Assembly (NCBI RefSeq): GCF_000150275.1
Contig: NW_002060948.1
Location: 124,001-188,000 of the forward strand
DNA from: Trichoplax adhaerens
Lineage: Eukaryota > Animalia > Placozoa
Direction of reading: 5' to 3'
DNA: 64,000 nucleotides
Below are positions 54,921 to 64,000 of this stretch, in pieces; positions within the stretch are counted from its first letter, which is position 1, and the number at the start of each line of letters is the position of its first letter. Below the pieces are notes generated by a model. The model was not told where the DNA came from. It was given only the letters and a program-made list of their open reading frames with translations, and did no database searches. A program made the translations under genes and the position numbers.

Positions 54921-57461
54921 CGTGTATTATGAATTTATCGTACGCGCAGATAAATATTATAAATTATTTTTATTATCTTAATTACTTCTTGGTATTGGAA
55001 ATTATTGATAACATAGACAGAAAGTAACGTACCTTAATTACTGGTGCAACAAACTACGTATACTTCGCTCATATTAATAGTTATAAAATTGAATTGCATA
55101 TTCACTAAATATATTTTTTTAAACATTAGTCTTTAACAGCTCAAATTATGCTTTTATAATCTGTTAAGTAACGAAAATACATATCGCTTTCTTTCTTAAT
55201 ATTAATGGTTAATGACTGAATTTTCTTCTAGACAATGTATGAAACTAAAGTTATCTCGTCGAATCATTGATCCGAGACATGTGTATAGTTTTAGTGGCCA
55301 TACTTGTATTAAATCTAGTTTCATTTGGTGTATTCAAGTTCTTAATGCCTTTAAAATGCATAAATTAATTCTTTTAGAATGATATAGATTGCTTATCATT
55401 TACTTTATAAACTATTCAAAATAAGTTTTCATGATATTTAGATGCAAAAAAAACATGTTAAGACGGCAAATGATACTAGAATCACAGACTATTGAAGATT
55501 AATAAACATGTTCTATAGCTGAATATGACCGCTTCGGGAATTTTAACTATTAACAGTTTAATAAAGGTACCACCAATTCATCCTATTTATTATAGATTAC
55601 TTTAATTGTTACCATAGAAACTGTTTAAAGAAAAATTACTATAATATCTAATTAGGCGTATTAAAAGGAGATATAAATGAAACCAGAATTATGAGATTTC
55701 CTTATATTTGTGACGGAGTGTATGCATAGGGGGGTTTCAGTAAGATTATAAATACGCATGATCCGTTAAAACAGCCTTAATCTTACCCTATCAAGCAGGA
55801 TACAGAATACTTTGATTTATAATACAACAATTTTAGTATTATAAAATGATTTTTGTGTTATCAAGATCGATAAAGGCCATATTAAATGACAGAAATTGAA
55901 GCTTAATTAATCCCATTCATTAAAATACCAAAAGACTTATTTTGTATGAGTTTACAGCCAGCTCTCGAAACTCTATCCTAATCAATTAATCCAATCCTTG
56001 ATCGTTTTAAAAAATACAGTAATCATAAATTATTCATGAAAATCACAAGGATTACGCTAGTTATGATATAACTAAGCACATTAACTTCAACCAGAAAGAC
56101 AATAAGCTATCTCAAGTTTACTTTACTATTGTGATTAACAGTATTATTGTCAAGATTACTCAATCAGCCTTATGCTTAAGCTAAGAAAACAGTCATTTTA
56201 CTCATTATCATGCTAATATAACTATGATCTATTCTACCACCTACGGTCTCTATTCTGAACAGAAATGATGACGCCTTCGCTATTCTAAAAATATTCTTCA
56301 AACTGATCGATTCACAACCATGACCTTTATTTTCTTCATATGCTAAGCAATAGGACATCTGTTGATTCAGTAAAGGAGCGGTTACTAACTTTTTGTCCTG
56401 TCTGGGCTGAGTAACCAAGTCACCTTACAGAGATAATAATTGATTTCAGTTAATTAGTCTCAAAATTATTTAATATCTTATAAAACTTCACAAGAGCAAG
56501 TGTAACTGATATATCATTTATATCTTAAAAAGTTTCTAGGTAATTTTCAATTGATAACGTCATTTATATTTCACGTACAGAGTTTTTCTTCGGGAAATAT
56601 CGCTACATTCGCTAGTACTTCATTGGATTGCTATAACTCGATTTCAATTAGTTTAACTACTGTCAGTGATCTGCGTTCATTATTCATTATTTAGTACTTT
56701 ACTCCTAGGATTTTAACGATTTTCCTATATTTTTCTCTGTTATTTAATCAATCATTGCGATTATTTTCGATTTAGTATCTATTGAAAGATTTATAAATTC
56801 TAAAACTGACCACCAAGACGAAAAATATCAAGAACGATAGAAACTTGCTTTTAAAAAGTAAATTGATTATTTGCCTCTCGTTAAACATCGAAATAAAATT
56901 AAAGATTATTGCGAAGGACACTGATCGCTATCAAGATTCAAACAACTTTAGTAGAATGCTCCAGTAGTAAAAACTGCTTTGGAAATGTCGCCGGTATGAT
57001 TTCATTTAATTTTGTAAGTTTAGCTTGTTACATATAAACTCATCTTATAGAAAATTTCTTAAACTTGATTAAAACTGTCCTTAATTATAAATAATTCCTT
57101 ATTTTTGTTCAAAATTATACTACTATTAAAATTAGGATTTATCGCTATTTATGTGATTGGAGAAGGCAGTAACACGATGCTAAGATATCTAATAGTGATT
57201 GGCCTGTAATTCTTTTCGAGACACTTACATTTATTATTGACTGATAGTTATCAATCATGTTGAGAACATTAAAGGTATCTCGATCAATCCGAATTCTCTC
57301 CATTCTCACGGTCCTAATAATTTTAAATCAGGCAAGAAATAATCAACTAATGTACAAACCAGAGGCAGTTTTATTGCGATTTCATAAAGACTATTCAGAT
57401 ATTTCTTCAATACTATATATTCAAATCGACTAAATTCAAATCCACTCTCTTTCTGCTTAAT

Positions 57462-60400
57462 ATGATTACGTTTACCATATTTTTCTTTCAGATCTATTTT
57501 ATAAGAATTAGTAGTGTAGAAGCAAACGATATTAATTATGCCCAAGGCACATATGTAATATCAACTTCGACCTGCGGTAGTCCTCCAACTGAGTTTTGTT
57601 CCCCGGATGGTCAATGTTCCAATATTTGTAACGAAACATGTCCACAAACTTCGAAATTAACATTATTAACAACGGCAGCCACGGCGGCTTCGGCGGTAAG
57701 GAATAATGAAAATCTCTTTACTTAGCATTAAAAAATTAAGTAATATAAAGGAAGTCTATAAGTTATCATTTTACGAGTATTCGTCCCATGATCGATTTTA
57801 AAAGATACTTTTACCTGTACTACTCGTGCAGGTACCAACATCGTCTTCTGCTCCTGGTAGCTATACATCATCTTATAATTTTGACGGATCAACATATTAT
57901 ACAGTACAACAAAAAGATGAGCCGACAACATTGCAAGTTCAAGGTGGCTTCTCTATAACGATTTGGACCAAACCACAGACAAGTAGTGTTGGGTAAGTTG
58001 AAGTAGATGATACACTTACTTCTCTAATAATACGGGTAGTAAAGTCTAGTATACCAATCCTCTAGTATCTAATTATTGATGACAAACATTCGAATTTAAA
58101 GGTAAAAGACTTTCTTAGAAAAATTAATATACTGTACGGTAGTAATAGCGATAAGATCTCCTAGACTATAAGAATCAAAGGGGTTTCTGCAACTACGTTA
58201 GCCGAAACTAAATCTCTTAAGAATACGCTACAATAGCTCTAATCATTATTTTAAATACAATTTCATCATATCTCAATTGATAATGAGTTTAAATCCGTCA
58301 TAATCCATAAATTTAATTATCATGGCTTGTATGCGATATTATGATGTTTATAGTCATAATACTGCGAAATTCAAGTTTATGTCGCTAACACCATGATTCT
58401 CCTAATTATACTGTATACTCACGCTATTTTGCAATAAAGATAGTGTAGCTAATATTGATTATTCCATTTGCTTTTCGATAGACGATTTTTTATGAAAGAA
58501 GCTCAAGGCACTTCCAATGGTATTTACATGTCGTTAGTTACCAATACAACTGGTCCTAATAAACATTTATCCTATTGGTATCAAGACGACAACAATCAAC
58601 TCAGTTCCGTTACTTTTTCTAATATTGCCCTCGATGATAACTTGTGGCATCTAGTAACAATTATTATATATAATGAAGGCGGATTTGATATTTTTACCCA
58701 GCAGTATTCTAAACCGTCGATATCGCTTTATATTGATAAGACGCTGAGATATGCTAATTCTCGCTATGGGGGCAAGCCGAAATATGGATTGGGAACTTTT
58801 ACTATCGGTAAAGGCGTCCAAACTGGCGATAATTATAAAGGTATCAATATACTTATAGATTAGTAGTTCGTGGTTGATTATCAGAGCGTGGACGGTCTTG
58901 TTCCATTATCAATAAAATATGAAATTTATGCTACCAGTTAAAAGCGGTGAAAACTACAGCTTTTATTCGTTTTTGTATCCAGTTATCGAAGTTCTATATT
59001 CAGTGATTCAATCTTAATTATTTAAAAATATTTTGGGTTATATATGGCGTCAGACTTTTAGGATCAATTCAGTAATTAAAATCAACATTATAGTATTTAG
59101 GGCCTAATATTCCACAACGCCTAAGTTTTAGTAGTTTGTAGCCAGTTTTAAATTCAAAGATGCTCAGCTTTGTGCTATAATTTAACAGATAGATAAAGAA
59201 ATGATGCCATAACATAACTAGATTGATGTTACTTATTGTGTCATATTTTAATACAGTAGATAAATTTCAGAGTTAAATTTTAATAATTTGCGGCAACGTT
59301 ATTTAAATAATATTACCGGCTATGATTAGAGAGGATATTGAAGACATTCTGCGAAAATTAAGTATTCACTACAGTATGTAAAATAAATTAATCAAAATAG
59401 CAGTTATCAGTTAAACACGATCTTACGAGAATAAATTCGATTACTTCGTGATTGAAATGAAGATAGCTTCGCGGTATATTCTAGATTATGCGTAGCAGTG
59501 AACTTTCTAATACATATTTTTATGAATGAATTGCAAAAAGTAGTTAAAAAATACTTCAGTAATAATCAACTAATTTTTAAAAGTTACATTTTAAAGTACA
59601 TCAATTTATTAAGCCGATAGCAATTTTACTAATGTCATTCATATTGTTTACATATATAACGTCAATCCAGAACTCTATTCTTACTATAGCTACTGCAACT
59701 CGTACTATAACAAATAATCAAGACTGATAGAATCTAATGATAATATATTAGTCTTATAAGTGCTCCGAAATTTCATTCTCATAATTGCTACAGCAAATCC
59801 AAATTTGTTGTAATAAGTAATTAAGATTAATAACACAGATTTGAGGATATAGGTTCTATAAAAACAGTTAGAAATGAATTCATAATGGTTATATAGTTAA
59901 ACAATATCAGAAGCTTCAATTGTCATTGTAATATCTAATTAGATCTTTATACTTTGTTACTTACGATAAATTGTCAAAATAAGTATACATTCTATCTTGT
60001 TTACTAGGTCTTATGGCTTCTCTACAGTTTTATGACATCCAGCTACAATCGAATCAAATTAACAATTTAGCTAGTGGTTTATCTTCCATTTATGCATCCA
60101 AAGTATATCCATATCCTCGATGTTTGTGTAAAGCTAACTCTCAATTAGTACCAGACGCGTACATTATTTCCAGATGCCTGAACGCAAGCACTGGAAATTA
60201 TTTCGATAGGTAATAAATTGTAACTAATACTATCTACTATCGTAACGCAAATATACCAGCTATACGAATAAATCATTTTGTTTAAAATAAAATCAGTTTA
60301 ACTAGTTTTGCTAAGAGACTATAATCTAAGTGCTCTGGCAACTGGATCACCGTAACATAAGATTGAAGATCGAATCCATATCAACTTAACAGTTACAGAC

Positions 60401-63400
60401 GAATAATATTATATTCCAATACTCTAGATAGATATTATGGTATTACTACGTTTTATAAGCACTACCGATATATCTTTAAATAAAGATATTAAAATTCTTA
60501 GTATTTTCTATCTAATTCACTTGTAACACGTTAGCGCACGTTTTCCCCATCTGTAGAGCACATAACTGCTATAAATATAGTTGGCAACTGCAATTGTTTG
60601 ATTTATTCCACTTTCCGTACGCTCAGTCAGTCATAAAATTTACGCTCAGCATTTAAATTAATTTAATCCCTTAGAATTAATCCCGATTCGCATCCAGCTG
60701 CTTATGCTAATGATGGCAATTTGAATACATTTTGGCTTGCCGCTAATGGGACATCAAGTGCAAATCTTACTCTAAACTTATTCAATACTACAACTATAAC
60801 CTCTTTAACTATTCATTCCGTCTACCTACCAACAACCGTAGTCGTTGAGAAACTTTCAGCATCAACTGGCCAATGGCAAATTCTACAACTCTTTGCCGAT
60901 AATTGCCAATTACGATATTCACAAGGAAATAATTCAAAGTTTGTAAACCTTTTAAATTTGCTTGATTTTAAGTATAAATCCATGCAATGGTCTGCCTAAA
61001 TCCGTTTTATCACTATTTACATACAGATTAGAAACAATCAATTCAATAAATTGCATAGAATTCGATGAAATGAATAAGCAGACAGCCAATTTCACCTTTT
61101 GGGTATTAAATCATGAATAGTAAATGAAAGCGTAAAACCTGATTTGTATCGTACATTGAAATTAAACTTATTCTCTATCCCAATTAGGCAGCAGAAGGAA
61201 GACCATTTACCAACGATGTTCAGTCCATCGCTCAATTGACTAATTTTAGATCTTCGAATAGCACTCGTTTTCAATTTCAATATTCCAATAATCAATCTCA
61301 GACGTACTTTGGTATTAAAGAAGTCATCGTCAATAGTGGCAATAGCTACGATCCTATTTTCGTTAATAGTACGTTGTATTACCAAATTGAAGAAAATTTG
61401 CCAAACAATACTTTGATTGGGAAAATTATGGCCTATGATCCCGATCATGCTAAAGTTTATTTCACCGCAGTAAAGAATGATCCAACGGATACAACATTCG
61501 GTTATTTTAACATTGATACCAATGATGGCAACATAACTACCATAAATAATATCGATTATGAAACAATTCCCTCTAATCCTTACATTTTCAACGTTACTGC
61601 TCATGATTATGGGATAGATAATAGTCGTACTCAAACAAAGCAATTAATTATCACTATTGCCAATGTACCAGAGACACCACAATTTGTCAATATTAATGGA
61701 ACTCCAACTCAAGGATATCAGTTTGAGGTTAATAAAAAAGTTTCTGAAGGAAGCGCAATTGCAGCAGTGCATGCAGTTGATCCAGATGGCTCTGGCACAG
61801 GTAATTTAATCATAACTAAGTTCTAGCAACTTTGCAACTTTACTATGAATGATGCCAATTTTATTGCTACGCTTACATAGACATAAAACTAATTACTTAC
61901 CTACTCATTACTATTATGCTTCTATATTATCATTTTACACCTTAATTACTCCGAGAGTAGCGTGTAAATTTAGTTCTTTTTATTCCGCCACTTGTGCTTA
62001 TACACTTTCATTAATAGCAATATGCCATTATGATAGGCAAATGTTACTAGGAAAAGTTAATTTCGGAACAATGATCTAGATTATCTTATTTTTCATAGTG
62101 GTAAATTCCTATGCTTCCATTTAAGAGTTACAGAAGGATTACATATTAACATATATAGTATATATATCGTTCATATATTTGCAAATTTCACTAGCTATAT
62201 TTAGAACAATGATCTAGGCTATAGTAATTCCATAGTAGTAAATTTTTACGCTTCCACTTTAAGAGTAACAGAAGGATTACTTGTTAACATACACATTGTA
62301 CAAGTAAGCATGCATGCAAACTACACTAGCTATATCTAAGGTAATGATCTAGGCTATATTATTTCACATAATAAACTCTTACACATACATATAAAGAATT
62401 ACGAAACGGTTACATGTTGGAATTTAAATAATTATACGCGAACTTCACTAGCTATATTTTGGGCTATGATCTAGGCTATGCTGTTTTACATAGTAAATTC
62501 TTACACATCCATGTTAAGAGTTTCAGAACAATTTCATATAAATAGTATACACTGTTTACCGTACTCATCTAATTTTACCTTGCAATTATAATTACTTATT
62601 CTTACAATACTGTGTATATCAGTTACTACAGATATGAACGTTACTATTATCAAGGAGCTAATATTTAAAATCCCCTATTTAAAATATATATATGCGATTA
62701 TTGTGAGATATTCTTGGCATTTATGATTATAAAATTTTATTACATTAATTCTATGTTAATGCTTTCGCTCTTATAATCACAAGGTTGTTGGAGTGTTGTG
62801 AGTTATTCTTTCGTTAATGAACTTCAAGTCTTCCCTTTTTCCATCAATTCTACTACTGGTAGTATTACTACTACCATGCCATTATCAAGTATATCCAACA
62901 CATTCTATCAAGTCAATGCTACCGCTCAAGATTGTACAAATTTAACAGATATTGCCTTAGTGAACATTTCTATTGTCAATACCAATGATTATCCACCTGT
63001 TTTTAATTCCAGTCTCTATCGGCAACTCGTTACAAATACTCTTCCCATAGGATCATCTGTTATACAAGTCATGGCTACAGATAAAGACTTAAATCAGTTT
63101 GGAAAAGTATCTTATTCTATCTTGAATCAGACTAATTTATTTGCTATTCACTCAGCCACTGGTATAATATCCACGGCATCGAGCTTACGATTGATCGTTG
63201 AAAATATCACTCTTACTATTTTAGCACAAGATGGTGGAAGTCCACCCTTCAATACAACTGCTTTAGTCGATCTGGATATATATAATCCATGTCAAGATGT
63301 TTCTTTGTGGATTTTGCCGCCTTATAATACAACATTAGATCCATCTGTTAGTTCTGTTGGTTCGTTAGTAATAGCCATTAACGGCTCTGTTCAAGATCCA

Positions 63401-64000
63401 AGACAAAATCAGGCGGTAGACGAGATTATTATGTTCTATCAGATAATGGCTGGTAATAATGATGGTCTTTTTGAGATCAACGGGCAAACCGGTATCGTTC
63501 GATTGGCTAAAGATTTACAGCAATCTGATTTTGGTAAAACTAGAACTTTAACTATCTCGCTTTCCAATAATGGCAGTTGTTCTGTACCTATTACTACGAG
63601 CGATGTTAGTATTAATATTAATTATGAGATTACTACGTCCAAAAACTTTGCTTCATCAGTTCAGCTAGCATTTTCATCGCCTGAAACATCAATCTTGGAC
63701 TCCACAGTTAGCAGTGTGAAACATTCTTCCTTCAACATTCTATCCCCAGAATTATCCCTTCAATTTACTCCCACTTCCATTTCATTCGATATTGCTCTTG
63801 CATCATCGACTACACTTCAAGAATTACTTTCTTCAACACCAATTTTTTACTCCTCAGGCAATAGCATGATATATTCTTCCGATGATAGCTTATTATCAGA
63901 AACATCTTTTCAAGTTAGTTCTACATCGATAGCATCTTCCACACTCGAAATAGAAGCAATACCTTCAAGTCAAAAAATATCTTCGCTGCCATTAGCAAGC
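57462..64000 (+). CDS. Secreted/cell-surface protein: usherin-type LamG-like domain + laminin N-terminal domain + 4 cadherin repeats + Ser/Thr-rich region; 3' end beyond the window
   Basis: Signal-like MITFTIFFFQIYFIRISSVEA (an upstream ATG exon at 57257-57274 is an alternative). Exons -57695, 57832-57992, 58482-58840, 60008-60209, 60674-60938, 61027-61102, 61188-61800, 62784-64000 (open). Motifs: STCGSPPTEFC; FSITIWTKP; LDDNLWHLV; RINPDSHPAAYANDGNLNTFW; WQILQLFADNC; cadherin motifs IEENLP..AYDPD, IDYE, AVDPD, NTNDYPPVF, ATDKD, AQDGGSP. Confidence 0.85.
62068..62537. repeat. Intronic tandem repeat, ~3.5 units of 120-137 bp
   Basis: ATGATCTAG(G/A)(C/T)TAT...TAAGAGT.ACAGAAGGATTAC...CACTAGCTATAT, with units starting near 62068, 62205, 62341 and 62462. 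Confidence 0.85.

Noticed and set aside
61092-61643. 183-aa minus-strand ORF (likewise 33344-33748, 45116-45436, 18081-18311)
   Set aside because: These are antisense shadows of real coding exons with no independent evidence.
1-64000. tRNA, rRNA, snRNA, transposase or reverse transcriptase genes
   Set aside because: None were recognised by eye; Infernal, tRNAscan and HMM searches would be needed to exclude them formally.

Overview
Eukaryotic (animal) genomic DNA: AT-rich, compact, with many short GT-AG introns. The style suggests a placozoan such as Trichoplax, but that is inference. Manual splicing gives eight genes. (1-3) A tandem array of three M1 zinc aminopeptidases on the + strand. The first is truncated by the window edge. 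The middle one is an intact 20-exon gene whose catalytic motifs are degenerate (TGMEN, NEIAH), i.e. a likely pseudo-enzyme. The third is canonical (GAMEN, HELAH). (4) A KCTD3/SHKBP1-like BTB-WD40 gene. (5-7) Two GALNT2/14/16-type polypeptide GalNAc-transferases in opposite orientation, flanking the zinc transporter SLC39A9/ZIP9. (8) A large gene running off the 3' edge that joins an usherin-type N-terminus (LamG-like + laminin N-terminal domain, no laminin-EGF repeats) directly to four cadherin repeats and a Ser/Thr-rich mucin-like segment. Non-coding features: GTACAG/CTGTAC-rich islands at the 5' ends of KCTD3 and GALNT-A/ZIP9, an identical 26-nt near-palindrome found at both loci, a hairpin-forming minisatellite, a ~530-bp element present in two introns 40 kb apart, a foldback/MITE-like element and several intronic tandem repeats. 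The most interesting points are the usherin-cadherin-mucin chimera, the pseudo-aminopeptidase, the GALNT-ZIP9-GALNT arrangement (human gene neighbourhoods as I recall them look similar) and the GTACAG islands. All comparisons to human proteins are from memory, and similarities were judged by eye.
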